A stretch of 64,000 nucleotides of DNA from an uncultured Burkholderiales bacterium (lineage in GTDB: Bacteria; Bacteroidota; Bacteroidia; UBA8524). The stretch's first letter is position 1, and each line of letters starts with the position of its first letter. The translations under genes were made by a program, and so were the position numbers. The notes beneath the pieces were generated by a model that saw nothing but the letters and a program-made list of their open reading frames with translations, did no database searches and was not told the origin of the DNA. Below, piece after piece: positions 18,201-29,009 of this stretch. Location of the stretch: positions 258,616 to 322,615 of the forward strand of contig CAZOZL010000004.1 in assembly GCA_964584305.1 (NCBI GenBank), in the 5' to 3' direction.

Positions 18201-21200
18201 ATGATTAACAAATTGTATGCCCGTTTTATTGTGTTGTTAGTATTTGCTATGCTAACCTCGTGTTCTCGCAAGCCTGAAAATATGGTGAGTTTTGTTAAAA
18301 ATTTTAATGAAATCATACAAACCCAGCAAAATTTAATCTTCACGTTTAATCAAGATATTGTTGACGCTGAAAAAATTGGCGATTGGGATAGCGTTGAGTA
18401 CATAAAATTTTCGCCCGAAGTAAAGGGGCGTTTCAGATGGTCTGCTGTTAATGAGTTGGTTTTTTCGCCAGCAAAGAAGTTTGCACCTAGCACCAACTAT
18501 GAGGCTGAACTAACAAAAGAAATTTTTAAAAAGGCAAAGAATGCCAAGCTGTACTTGGGCGATGAGTATAAACACATAAAATTTCATACGGCGTATTTAT
18601 CCCCACAAGAGTTGAGTGCTTTTTGGGCAAAAGGCAACAGTGGCAGCGGCGTAGTGATACGATTGGGCATTAGCTTTAACTATAAAGTGAACCCCAAACA
18701 ATTAAAAAATTTTATAACTGTTGAAGTAGAGGGCAAGGCAGTTTCTTTTACTTTAGACAATGCCGATATTACAGATAAGGTATTTTTAACTATAAACGGT
18801 ACTCCATTTGGCGCAGAGCAATCAATAATAAATGTTAAATTTTCTAAAGGCATACAAATAGCAAATGGCGAATATAAAACCAAAGAAGAGTTTGAATTGG
18901 CACAAGTACTTTCATCTCGTTTTGATTTGCAGATACTAAATGTTGAAAATGGATTTAAAAACAACAAAGGTTTTATCCGTATAGTCTCCTCACAAGAGAT
19001 AGAACCCGAGAACTTAGAAAAGGCGTATAGTATATTGCCTAAAGTAGATACCAAAGCAGAAGTAACAGAAAATGGATTACTAATAACGGGGAACTTTATA
19101 GTGAACCAAGTATATGTTTTGGTACTGAAAAAACAGTTTTTAAAAGGTACGATTGGTGGTAGGTTAAAAGACGATTCTCGGCACGATGTAAGTTTTGGAG
19201 AGTTACCGCCCAGTATTAGTTTCCGTAATAAAAAAGCAATTTATCTAAGCAAATCGGGTAGTAAAAACATAGGTGTTGATATTGTAAACATTCCTGAAGT
19301 ACGGGTGAGGGTATATAAAATTTATGAAAACAATATTTTAGCCTATATGCGTAGCAATAGCTACCACGATTATTACTATGACTATTACGAGGGAAATTCA
19401 GGCGCAAGCTATCGCCTCGATAAGCAGGGAATATATAGTAGCGAGGTATTAGACAGAACTATTAAAACAGGCGATTTTCCGAGAGTAAACGGCATCACTG
19501 CCTTTAATTTTGACTTGCCCAAAATTGATAACTTTAAGGGGATATACCTTATTCAAATATCATCAAAAACGGATTATTACCTTAGTGCTACCAAAATGGT
19601 ATCGGTATCAGATATTGGACTTATTACCAAACAATCTGAAAACGATTTATTTATCTATGCCAATTCTATACTCACAGCCCAAGCAATGGACAATGTTGAT
19701 TTACACGTTATTAGTACCAACAATCAAGATATTTTTCAGGTAAAAACCAATAGCAAGGGAATTGCCATAGTAAAGGATTTTAAAAAGAAGATAAAACACT
19801 TTGAAACGGCAATGATAACCGCCACAAAAGGCAATGATTTTAACTACCTGCTATTTAGCCAAACGAGGGTGGAAACTTCACGTTTTGATGTGAGCGGAAA
19901 ACGAGACCACAAAACAGGCTTAGATATATTTATTTATGGCGATAGAAATATTTACCGCCCTGGGGAAACAGTGTATTTTAATACTATTGTACGTGATAAA
20001 AACTGGGAGCCAGCGGCAGATATTCCGCTAAAAGTAAAGATAATAATGCCCAATGGTAAAGAGTATTCTTCTATCCGTAAAAATACTAATAGTCAAGGGT
20101 CTGTAAGTGGTAGGTTTAAAACTTCGGTAGCAGCGGTAACGGGGAACTATACTATAGAAGTTTACAATGGCAACGATATACTATTGTCATCAAAACGAAT
20201 TGGTATTGAAGAGTTTATGCCCGACCGTATAAAATCTACATTAACCACTGATAAAAAAGAGTATCACCTTAGCAATAATATTACTGCATCTATTGAAGCG
20301 GTAAACTATTTTGGACCTCCCGCTGCAAACAAAAATTATGAAATAGATTTCTCGCTTAGTCGCAAAAGTTTTAACCCAAAAAATTTTAAAGACTATAATT
20401 TTAATATTAAAGCCAAACAATCTTTTAATAGGATAGTAAGAACTGGCAAAACTGATGATAATGGGCTGGCTAAAGAAGTTATTAAACTACCATCTACCTA
20501 TAAAGATATGGGGGTGTTGCAGGCAAAACTATATGCCACCGTTTTTGATGAAAGCGGTCGCCCAGTTAATAGAACCAAAAGTGTAGATGTATTTACCCAA
20601 AAAACCATGTATGGTATCCGTATGGACGATTATTACTTGGGAGTAAACCAACTGATGAAAACTCAGTTGGTTGCTGTAAATAAAAACGGCAAGCTGGTAA
20701 ACGGGGCAAAAGCAGAGGTAGAGGTTATTCGCTACGAGTGGCAAAATGTGCTTATCCGCTATGGCTCAAACTATCGGTATAAATCAAAGCGAATAGTAAA
20801 AGTAATGAGCAAGAAAACAGTTACTTTTAGGGGGGGTAAAAGTGTAGTGAACTTTATCCCACCAGTATCTGGTAGTTACGAGATTAGGGTAAAACGAGTG
20901 GGTGCAGAACGGTATGTTGCCAGTTGGTTTTATGCGTATCGCTGGGGTAGCACACTCAATACATCGTTTGATGTAAATACCGAAGGTGCAGTGGATATAG
21001 TTTTTGATAAAGAAAAATACGAAGTAGGCGAAAAAGCTAAAATATTATTTAAAACTCCATTTGTGGGGAAACTACTAATTACGTTAGAACGTAATGGAAT
21101 ACTTGAGCATCGTGTGGTGCAAACGGATAAAAAGTCGGCAGAAATCACCGTAAAAATAAAAAATGAGTACTTGCCCAATATTTATGTATCGGCAACATTA

Positions 21201-23648
21201 ATAAAATCATTAGAAAACAGTGCTATTCCGCTAATGGTAGCACATGGATATGCCAGCCTTAGTGTAAGTAAAAAAGCTACTATTTTACCTATTGATATTA
21301 AAGCTGTGGCAAAGTCTCGCTCTTCTACCAAGCAAAAAATAACTATTAAAACCAAAGCCGAAAAAAATATAGAAATCACCATAGCAGTGGTTGACGAAGG
21401 TATTTTAGCTCTCAAAAATTTTAAAACACCCAATCCTCATGGGCATTTTTATGCCAAGCGGGCTTTGGAAGTAAGCACTTATGATTTATACCCGTTTTTA
21501 TTTCCTGAAATGGCTACTAACAGTAGTAGCGGTGGCGATGGTTACGATTTAGACGATTTAGACGATTTAGAAAAACGAGTAAACCCGCTAAGTAATAACC
21601 GTGTAAAATTAGTAGCTTTTTGGAGCGGTGTATTAAAAACCAATAGCCGTGGAGAAGCTACCTACGAGATTGATATACCCAAATTTAGTGGCGATTTACG
21701 CATAATGGTAGTTGCCTATAAAAACAAAGCCTTTGGCTCGGCAAGTACTAATATGAAGGTAGCAGACCCTTTGGTGGTAACTGCTGGGCTGCCTCGTTTT
21801 TTCTCACCAAATGATGAGATAGAAATGCCTATAAACATTAGTAATACCACAAGCAAAAATGCCAATGCAAGAGTGAGCATTAAAGTTAGTGGACCTGTTG
21901 AGGTAGTAACAACTGGCAGCAAAAGCCTTACAATTAAGGCAAACAAAGAAAGCCGTGTGCTTTTTAAACTTAAAGCTAAGGCACAAATTGGAGAAGCAAA
22001 AATAAAAGTAAGTGTAAAAGGTTTAGGAGAAACCTTTACTGATGAAACAGATATTACTGTTCGTCCATCCACATCATTACTAAAAACATCAGTTTCAGGG
22101 CAAATGCAGGCAGGTGAGACTAAAACATTAGAAATGAATATCGATTATATTCCCTCTTCTGTTGAAAGTAAATTGGTGATTAGCAAAAACCCAATGACGG
22201 AGTTTATTGACAAGTTTGACCGACTAATAGGCTACCCGCACGGCTGTGTTGAACAAACGGTGTCAAAAGCCTTTCCGCAATTATATTTTGCCGATTTTGT
22301 TAAAAACTCAGGTAGTAAAACCAAAATAAAACTACGCAGTGATGAAAATGAGATGAACCCCGCCTATAATGTGCGAGAAGCTATACGCAAGTTACAAGGT
22401 ATGCAATTGTACAATGGTAGCATGACCTATTGGGCAGGCGGGTACCATGAAACTTGGTGGGGTTCTGCCTATGCAACTCACTTCTTGTTAGAAGCTAAAA
22501 AAGCGGGCTATGATGTAGATAATAATGTGCTTAATAAGTTACTTAGTTATATAAATTACAAAGCCAATACTAAGAAAATTTATAGTTATAGATACTACAG
22601 TGGTGGCAGATATGCATTGAAAAAATATGTAGCCCGCGAGGTTATTTACAGTTTGTATGTATTGAGTAGGGCTGGGCAGCCCAACCGTTCGGTTATGAAT
22701 TATTATAAGGGTAACAAAGAACTACTTACCAATGATAGTAGGTATATGCTGGCAGGTGCTTATGCTATAATGAGCGACCGTGCATCGTTCAAAGAAATAA
22801 TACCCAAAGCCTATTATGAGTTTGATATATACAAAAGCACGGGGGGTAGTTTTTACTCGCCCATGCGAAATTTGGCCATATCACTACACACCTTAGTTGA
22901 AAGCGATATAAAACACCCCCAAATACCTATACTGGCACGTAACCTATCTACACAATTAAAAAACAGCAGGTATGTAAATACACAAGAGTTGGCTTTTACC
23001 TTTTTGGCACTGGGTAAGCTGGCAAAAAATGCTAACAAAGCCAATGTATCAGCTACTATAAAAGTAAATGGTAAAGTAGTGGGCAATTTTGCCAATAAGG
23101 ATATCACCATTAGTAGCAAAAAACTGAAAGGGAAAAATGTAAGCATTACCTCATCGGGCAAAGGGGCTATTTATTATTATTATGAAACCGAAGGGCTAAG
23201 TAGCACGGGCAAGTACATTGAAGAGGATAATTACTTGCGTGTACGCAAAAGTTTCTTTAATCGCTATGGGCAAAGAATTAGCGGTAATACCTTTAAACAA
23301 AACGATTTGATAGTAGTGCGTATATCAATAGTTTCACTGCAAAATATGAATATAAAAAATGTAGTGATAACCGATATGCTGCCTGCTGGTTTTGAAATTG
23401 AGAACCCTCGTATTACAGAAGGCAGAGATTTTAAATGGACTGATAACCGTGCCTACCCGCAACACTTTGATGTGCGTGATGATAGGATAAACTTTTATCT
23501 AAACCCAAGCAACCGTGAGAAATATTTGTACTATACCGTTAGGGCAGTTACCAAAGGCAAGTATAAAATGGGGCCTATAAGTGCTGATGCTATGTATAAC
23601 GGCGAGTACCACTCATACCACGGTGCAGGCGAGATAATAATAGAATAA
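18201..23648 (+). CDS. Alpha-2-macroglobulin family lipoprotein (YfhM-like), thioester motif retained
   Basis: About 1816 aa from the internal start MINKLYARFIVLLVFAMLTSC (lipobox). It has repeated MG-like beta domains, the thioester motif GYPHGCVEQT, and a C-terminal receptor-binding-like region. Confidence 0.85.
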   Translation: MINKLYARFIVLLVFAMLTSCSRKPENMVSFVKNFNEIIQTQQNLIFTFNQDIVDAEKIGDWDSVEYIKFSPEVKGRFRWSAVNELVFSPAKKFAPSTNYEAELTKEIFKKAKNAKLYLGDEYKHIKFHTAYLSPQELSAFWAKGNSGSGVVIRLGISFNYKVNPKQLKNFITVEVEGKAVSFTLDNADITDKVFLTINGTPFGAEQSIINVKFSKGIQIANGEYKTKEEFELAQVLSSRFDLQILNVENGFKNNKGFIRIVSSQEIEPENLEKAYSILPKVDTKAEVTENGLLITGNFIVNQVYVLVLKKQFLKGTIGGRLKDDSRHDVSFGELPPSISFRNKKAIYLSKSGSKNIGVDIVNIPEVRVRVYKIYENNILAYMRSNSYHDYYYDYYEGNSGASYRLDKQGIYSSEVLDRTIKTGDFPRVNGITAFNFDLPKIDNFKGIYLIQISSKTDYYLSATKMVSVSDIGLITKQSENDLFIYANSILTAQAMDNVDLHVISTNNQDIFQVKTNSKGIAIVKDFKKKIKHFETAMITATKGNDFNYLLFSQTRVETSRFDVSGKRDHKTGLDIFIYGDRNIYRPGETVYFNTIVRDKNWEPAADIPLKVKIIMPNGKEYSSIRKNTNSQGSVSGRFKTSVAAVTGNYTIEVYNGNDILLSSKRIGIEEFMPDRIKSTLTTDKKEYHLSNNITASIEAVNYFGPPAANKNYEIDFSLSRKSFNPKNFKDYNFNIKAKQSFNRIVRTGKTDDNGLAKEVIKLPSTYKDMGVLQAKLYATVFDESGRPVNRTKSVDVFTQKTMYGIRMDDYYLGVNQLMKTQLVAVNKNGKLVNGAKAEVEVIRYEWQNVLIRYGSNYRYKSKRIVKVMSKKTVTFRGGKSVVNFIPPVSGSYEIRVKRVGAERYVASWFYAYRWGSTLNTSFDVNTEGAVDIVFDKEKYEVGEKAKILFKTPFVGKLLITLERNGILEHRVVQTDKKSAEITVKIKNEYLPNIYVSATLIKSLENSAIPLMVAHGYASLSVSKKATILPIDIKAVAKSRSSTKQKITIKTKAEKNIEITIAVVDEGILALKNFKTPNPHGHFYAKRALEVSTYDLYPFLFPEMATNSSSGGDGYDLDDLDDLEKRVNPLSNNRVKLVAFWSGVLKTNSRGEATYEIDIPKFSGDLRIMVVAYKNKAFGSASTNMKVADPLVVTAGLPRFFSPNDEIEMPINISNTTSKNANARVSIKVSGPVEVVTTGSKSLTIKANKESRVLFKLKAKAQIGEAKIKVSVKGLGETFTDETDITVRPSTSLLKTSVSGQMQAGETKTLEMNIDYIPSSVESKLVISKNPMTEFIDKFDRLIGYPHGCVEQTVSKAFPQLYFADFVKNSGSKTKIKLRSDENEMNPAYNVREAIRKLQGMQLYNGSMTYWAGGYHETWWGSAYATHFLLEAKKAGYDVDNNVLNKLLSYINYKANTKKIYSYRYYSGGRYALKKYVAREVIYSLYVLSRAGQPNRSVMNYYKGNKELLTNDSRYMLAGAYAIMSDRASFKEIIPKAYYEFDIYKSTGGSFYSPMRNLAISLHTLVESDIKHPQIPILARNLSTQLKNSRYVNTQELAFTFLALGKLAKNANKANVSATIKVNGKVVGNFANKDITISSKKLKGKNVSITSSGKGAIYYYYETEGLSSTGKYIEEDNYLRVRKSFFNRYGQRISGNTFKQNDLIVVRISIVSLQNMNIKNVVITDMLPAGFEIENPRITEGRDFKWTDNRAYPQHFDVRDDRINFYLNPSNREKYLYYTVRAVTKGKYKMGPISADAMYNGEYHSYHGAGEIIIE

Positions 23649-23719
23649 CGTAGGTTAAAAAATTGTGTTTACTAAACATATATAGCGTAAACAAATTCTT
23701 TAACTTTGTTTAATTATAA

Positions 23720-24046
23720 ATGCGTGCCTTAGTTTACATACTGCTTTTTTTTTTATTTGCAATTGCAAGTAGTACTGTTGCTGCAAATACAATACCTGCC
23801 ACACCACTAAAAGATAGTGTAGTAATTACCCGCCACGAGAATGGGAAAGTAAAACAAAAAGAAAAGTATAGAAACGGGCAAAAACATGGTAAATGGATAA
23901 CCTACAATGCTAACGGGGGAATTATAAAAATTGTAAAGTATAAGAAGGGGCTATTTTGGTGGGAACGCCTATACAAAAAGGGGAAATTAAGCCAAATTAC
24001 AACCCGCAAGGGCAAAATTGTGAAAATGAAAGATTGTGGGTGTTAA
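23720..24046 (+). CDS. Small secreted MORN-repeat protein (YwqK-like)
   Basis: Signal peptide. Repeated Y/W-x-NG-x-KxG elements (KYRNGQKHGKWITYNANGGIIKIVKYKKG). Confidence 0.5.
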   Translation: MRALVYILLFFLFAIASSTVAANTIPATPLKDSVVITRHENGKVKQKEKYRNGQKHGKWITYNANGGIIKIVKYKKGLFWWERLYKKGKLSQITTRKGKIVKMKDCGC

Positions 24047-24068
24047 AAAAATAGTGTGAACAAGTTTA

Positions 24069-24455
24069 TCAGTTCATTCTAAAAGGAGATACCATTCTAA
24101 ATTCAGGAATATCAACTTCAAACAATTTGTCATCGGCAAGTCTTACAAATTCATAAACACCGTACATTTTACCCATATCGCTATGCAAGTTACAAGCTGA
24201 TGAGTAGTTGTGTTGCTCGCCCGATTCTAAAATAGGTTGCTCGCCCACTACTCCATCGCCTTTAACTTCATGGTATTCACCGTTACTATCATAAATATGC
24301 CAATGCCTGCGTAGCAGCTGTACACTATAATCGCCGTGGTTTTCAATCCTTACATGGTAGGCAAACATAAACAGCCCGCCTTTTGGGTTAGAAAACTCGG
24401 GTTGGTATTCAGTTTCAATAGAAACTTCTATTTCATGTTTTACGGCTGATGTCAT
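24069..24455 (-). CDS. apaG: ApaG domain protein (DUF525)
   Basis: 128 aa with the characteristic ApaG sequence (FAYHVRIENHGDYSVQLLRRHWHIYDSNGEYHEVKGDGVVGEQP). Confidence 0.8.
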   Translation of the reverse strand: MTSAVKHEIEVSIETEYQPEFSNPKGGLFMFAYHVRIENHGDYSVQLLRRHWHIYDSNGEYHEVKGDGVVGEQPILESGEQHNYSSACNLHSDMGKMYGVYEFVRLADDKLFEVDIPEFRMVSPFRMN

Positions 24456-24620
24456 TTTTTACTTATCGAGGGCAATTTATGGGTTTGTTTTAAAAAACCT
24501 AAACAGTTTTTATAAACGGACACAAAATTTATCTTAACACACGAAAAACCTATACGTTTGGTGGTAGGTATATTTCAACATCCCTTTTTTAACGTTACAA
24601 AAGCGCGAACTTTGCAAGCA

Positions 24621-25700
24621 ATGCTGCTGCGCCGCCTACAACTTATTAATTTTAAAAACCACCAAGAATTAACATGGGAGTTTGACCGTATTAACTGTAT
24701 TACAGGTAATAACGGGGTAGGGAAAACAAATGTTTTGGATGCTATTTACTATTTATCGCTTTGTAAAAGTTTTTTTGTAAGTAGCGACCAGCAAAATATT
24801 AGGCACGGCGAGGGCTTTTTTCTTTGTGCAGGAAATTACGAAGAGAGTAAAACTACATTTTCAGTACAATTAGGACTTAAACGCAATACCAGAAAAAGCC
24901 TGAAAAAAGACGGTATTGAATATGAAAAATTGGCGCACCACATAGGTTTAGTTCCTTTGGTTATTATTACTCCTTTTGATATACAACTGGTATATGAAAA
25001 TGGGGAGGAACGCCGTAGATTTATGGATACCTTGTTATCTCAAACTGATAGTGGGTATTTGGAAAGTTTACAGCAGTATAACCGCTTGTTAGACCAACGC
25101 AATAAACAGCTAAAGCAATTTGCCGAGCGCAACTTTTTCGACCAACAACTATTTGACACTCATAATGAGCAGATAGCCCCCTTTGCACAAACGGTTTATG
25201 CCAAACGAAAGCAGTTTTTTCAAGATTTTTTGCCCTTGTTTAAAGAAAAGTACATACTTATTAGCGGTGATGCTGAAAATGCAGGAATAAGCTATGAAAG
25301 TAATTTACATGAGATAGATTTTTTAAACCTGTTGATTGAAAACCAACAAAAGGATAGGGCTATGGAGCGCACCACAAAAGGCATTCATAAAGACGATTGG
25401 AAATTTACTATTAATGAGTTGGCGGTAAAAAAATACGCCTCGCAAGGGCAAACCAAGTCTTTTGTAATTGCGTTAAAATTGGCACAATATGATTATCTTA
25501 AAAATAAAACTACGAAAAAACCACTTCTACTATTAGATGATATTTTTGAAAAACTGGATGAGAAAAGAGCAAAACAGCTAATGGAATTGGTAGCCACTGA
25601 CAATTTTGGGCAAATTTTTATTACTGATACCCATAAAGAAAGACTGGAAGGTGTTTTTGAACCTTTGGGCATTACCCCCCAGTACTTTTTTATTAAGTAA
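24621..25700 (+). CDS. recF: DNA replication and repair protein RecF
   Basis: Starts MLLRRLQLINFKNH. Walker A GNNGVGKTNVLDAIYYLS. Signature and Walker B motifs toward the C-terminus (LLLLDDIFEKLD). Confidence 0.9.
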   Translation: MLLRRLQLINFKNHQELTWEFDRINCITGNNGVGKTNVLDAIYYLSLCKSFFVSSDQQNIRHGEGFFLCAGNYEESKTTFSVQLGLKRNTRKSLKKDGIEYEKLAHHIGLVPLVIITPFDIQLVYENGEERRRFMDTLLSQTDSGYLESLQQYNRLLDQRNKQLKQFAERNFFDQQLFDTHNEQIAPFAQTVYAKRKQFFQDFLPLFKEKYILISGDAENAGISYESNLHEIDFLNLLIENQQKDRAMERTTKGIHKDDWKFTINELAVKKYASQGQTKSFVIALKLAQYDYLKNKTTKKPLLLLDDIFEKLDEKRAKQLMELVATDNFGQIFITDTHKERLEGVFEPLGITPQYFFIK

Positions 25701-25721
25701 CTTGCAAACCACCACCACACC

Positions 25722-26012
25722 ATGATTAATACTAATGAAAAACCGCTAAAGCAAGTAATAGACAGTATGCTTGATGTGTACAAACTAAAAAATGGTGTTA
25801 ACGAAGTACGCATTGTTAATGAATGGGAAAATGCAGTAGGTTCACATATCTCACAAAAAACCGATAAAATATTTGTGAAACGGCGTAAGCTATATGTTTA
25901 TTTAAGCTCATCAGTAATAAAAAATGAATTAATATACGCCAGAGAAGAAATTATAAATCGCTTAAACACAGCCGTTGGCGAATTAGTTATTGACGAGTTA
26001 ATAGTACGATAG
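25722..26012 (+). CDS. DUF721 domain protein
   Basis: 96 aa. Sits directly downstream of recF, as is usual in Bacteroidetes. DUF721-like sequence. Confidence 0.7.
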   Translation: MINTNEKPLKQVIDSMLDVYKLKNGVNEVRIVNEWENAVGSHISQKTDKIFVKRRKLYVYLSSSVIKNELIYAREEIINRLNTAVGELVIDELIVR

Positions 26013-26073
26013 TTTTCCCTTAATAAAGTGTTAATAGTTAATGCTATTTACAGCTTAAATTCGTGGCGTTGTA

Positions 26074-28938
26074 ATGAAAACTACTTTTAAAAAAATTATT
26101 GGTATACTGCTGCTGTTATTTCCAATAGTAGCAATAGCACAATCGGGTACTATAAAAGGTGAAATTACCGATAGAACTACTAATGAGGAACTTATAGGAG
26201 TTACTGTTTTAGTAAAAGGGTCAGCATTGGGAGCGGCTACAAACTACAATGGTCAATACACTATTAATAATGTTAAAGCAGGTACTTACACGTTAGAAAT
26301 TAGGTTTGTGGGCTACCAAACGCTTTTAATTACGGGTGTTAAAGTAGAAAAAGGAAAAGCCACGGTAAAAGATGCTTCGCTTAAAGAGGCATCGGTAGAG
26401 CAAGCTGAAGTAGAGGTAATTGGTAGAAAACCACTGGTTGATATTGAAACACCCCGCTCAAAAAACACAATAGGTAAAAACCAGATTGATGGAGCACCAG
26501 TACGTCAACTACAAGGTATTATTAATACTCAACCAGGGGTAGTAAGTACTCCTGCGGGGGTATTTATCCGTGGTGGACGCACCTATGAAACAGGTTTTTT
26601 AATTGATGGTGTATCAGCCAAAGACCCTTTAGCAGGCACTGGTTTTGGTATTGATATTGGGTCTAATGCTATTAGCGAAATAGATATTAATACGGGGGGT
26701 GCAACTGCTGATGTGGGTGATGCTACATCAGGAGTAATAAATGCTAAAACACGCTCAGGCGGTGATAGTTTAGAGATTTCTATACTGCATAAAAGAGATA
26801 ACTTCGGGTTTAATAGAGATTTACATTCTACATGGAATGCGCAGGTAAGTGAAATAACTATTGGAGGACCATCAAAACTTTTTTTTCCAAAAAATCCTAA
26901 ACGCCTTCGCTATTTTGTGGCTTTACGAAGTTTCTTTTCTGATAATTATACTTTAAACCCTCCCAGTCAAGTAGTATCATCACTATACCCAAATACCAAT
27001 TTCACTCCTTATTTAGACAATCGGTGGAGTGCTTTATTAAAACTTAATTTTCAAATAGATAGCACCAAAAATATAAGCCTCACCTACAATAAAACGGTGG
27101 CTATAAACCAAGACGTTAATATGTTGCGTATTACGGGCAATGATTTGCCTTTTGCACCTGGGTATCAATTTGCTTTTCAACAGCAAATGGATAATGCCAA
27201 TACATTTACGCACGATGCTAATTTGCTAATAGTAAACTTCAAACACTTGGTGCGTAAAAAAGTAAACTACCAAATAACGGCTTCTCGTTTTTTTGCACGT
27301 TTACGTGCTGATGCTAATGGCAGAGACTGGCGACCCACACAGGTAAATAGCGAGTTTGACCCTCGCTCAATAGTCTCTTTTCCTGCCGAAGTTTTTAACC
27401 CAGGTGATAATGTAGCTTTTGTAAACCCTGCCCCAGGGTTATATAATAATGGAGGTATAGCTACCCTATGGCACGACCATTTTATTGAAGAATATACTAT
27501 AAAAGCAGTAGGCAATATATTATCTGTAAATCCAAAAGATAACTCGCTAAACAAACTATCGTTTGGTGCTGAAGTTAAAATACAAGATTTACAATGGATA
27601 GATATAGGTCGCCCTTGGATTGGTGCACCTATACAATTGGCAAATGGAACAAGCACACAATCGTTTAGGCTGGGTGATTATAGCGAGGCTTGGCGAGTGA
27701 AACCCTCCAGAGGAGGTTTGTTTATTACTGATAGAATACGATATAAGGGATTGATAGCTGAAATAGGTGCGCGTTTTGAGTATTGGATGCCGGGTAAATA
27801 TGTTGATGATGCCGTTGCTAACCCTCGTGCACAAATACGTGATGAAATTCGTCAAGAGTACCTCAATAGTTCTACCGCTATTTTAGGTAGGCGATTTAAA
27901 TTTCGTTTCTTGCCCAAAATATCTGCCTCTTTTCCTATCAACACAAAACAAATGCTATTTTTTAACTATGGACATAGCACTATTTTGCCTCACCCATCCT
28001 TTGTTTACACAGGTTTAGACCCTTTTTATAGCGACCGCTCAACGGTGGCACGCTTGGGTAATCCCAACCTAAACCCCGAGGTTACCATAGCGTATGAATT
28101 GGGCTTAAAATCAGTTATTACTGATAATGATGTTTTAACTACATCTGTCTATTGGCGTGATAATTATGATTTTATAACTACCACCAGCCTTTTGGTAAAA
28201 GATGTTACTGGGCGTGAGGTGGCTCGTTCAGTACGTATAAATAGCGATTATGCAAGAATACGAGGTATTGAAGTAGGGTACTTAAAGCGTATTGGTAAAG
28301 CATATCAGGGGCAGCTTTCTGTTGCCTATATGGTGGCAACAGGGCAAAGCTCATCAGCATCAGAAAGTTTAAAAGATATTTTAGGAGAAGGTAATCGAGA
28401 GGATACCAAAGAGTTCTTTTTGCCATGGGGTAGCCCTTGGGATATAAAAATGAACCATGTATTTATTTTTAATAAAAAAGGAGGCTATTGGGGTAAAAAA
28501 TGGCTTAATAAAATGTCGTTTTATGTGGAAGGTATTTTTCGTACAGGTATTCGCTACACGCCTTATATATTAGAAGGTACTGAACCCGCTACTGGTCGCC
28601 CTATATACAATCAAGAGCAAAACCCTAATGCTCGTTTTTCAGAATTAGGGAATTCTATATGGTGGATAGATTTTAACTTTAAAAAATGGTGGACGGTTAA
28701 AAATTTTCAAATTGCATGGACTATTGAGGTTACCAATGTGTTTAATACGGTAAACACTGCCCGTGTAAACCCTGTTACAGGCAGGGCATGGCAACAAGGC
28801 GACCCTGTCCCCAGCCAATGGAGAGACCCTAACTACCCCGACCCTCGCGACCCACGTTCAAACGGTATCCCTCCAAACGATCCCTCACGGTTTAGAGCGC
28901 AACGCCATATAATGACGGGGATTAACATTAGGTTTTAG
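26074..28938 (+). CDS. TonB-dependent receptor with N-terminal carboxypeptidase-regulatory-like domain
   Basis: Signal peptide, a CarbopepD_reg-like segment (GTIKGEITD...GVTVLVKG...GQYTINNVKAGTYTLEIRFVGYQT), a plug, a beta-barrel, and a C-terminal ...INIRF aromatic. Confidence 0.85.
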   Translation: MKTTFKKIIGILLLLFPIVAIAQSGTIKGEITDRTTNEELIGVTVLVKGSALGAATNYNGQYTINNVKAGTYTLEIRFVGYQTLLITGVKVEKGKATVKDASLKEASVEQAEVEVIGRKPLVDIETPRSKNTIGKNQIDGAPVRQLQGIINTQPGVVSTPAGVFIRGGRTYETGFLIDGVSAKDPLAGTGFGIDIGSNAISEIDINTGGATADVGDATSGVINAKTRSGGDSLEISILHKRDNFGFNRDLHSTWNAQVSEITIGGPSKLFFPKNPKRLRYFVALRSFFSDNYTLNPPSQVVSSLYPNTNFTPYLDNRWSALLKLNFQIDSTKNISLTYNKTVAINQDVNMLRITGNDLPFAPGYQFAFQQQMDNANTFTHDANLLIVNFKHLVRKKVNYQITASRFFARLRADANGRDWRPTQVNSEFDPRSIVSFPAEVFNPGDNVAFVNPAPGLYNNGGIATLWHDHFIEEYTIKAVGNILSVNPKDNSLNKLSFGAEVKIQDLQWIDIGRPWIGAPIQLANGTSTQSFRLGDYSEAWRVKPSRGGLFITDRIRYKGLIAEIGARFEYWMPGKYVDDAVANPRAQIRDEIRQEYLNSSTAILGRRFKFRFLPKISASFPINTKQMLFFNYGHSTILPHPSFVYTGLDPFYSDRSTVARLGNPNLNPEVTIAYELGLKSVITDNDVLTTSVYWRDNYDFITTTSLLVKDVTGREVARSVRINSDYARIRGIEVGYLKRIGKAYQGQLSVAYMVATGQSSSASESLKDILGEGNREDTKEFFLPWGSPWDIKMNHVFIFNKKGGYWGKKWLNKMSFYVEGIFRTGIRYTPYILEGTEPATGRPIYNQEQNPNARFSELGNSIWWIDFNFKKWWTVKNFQIAWTIEVTNVFNTVNTARVNPVTGRAWQQGDPVPSQWRDPNYPDPRDPRSNGIPPNDPSRFRAQRHIMTGINIRF

Positions 28939-29009
28939 TGCTTTCTTAAGATTATTAAAATACATACTGGAACGATTGTTCCAAAAAGAAACTATATACT
29001 ATCTTAAAT

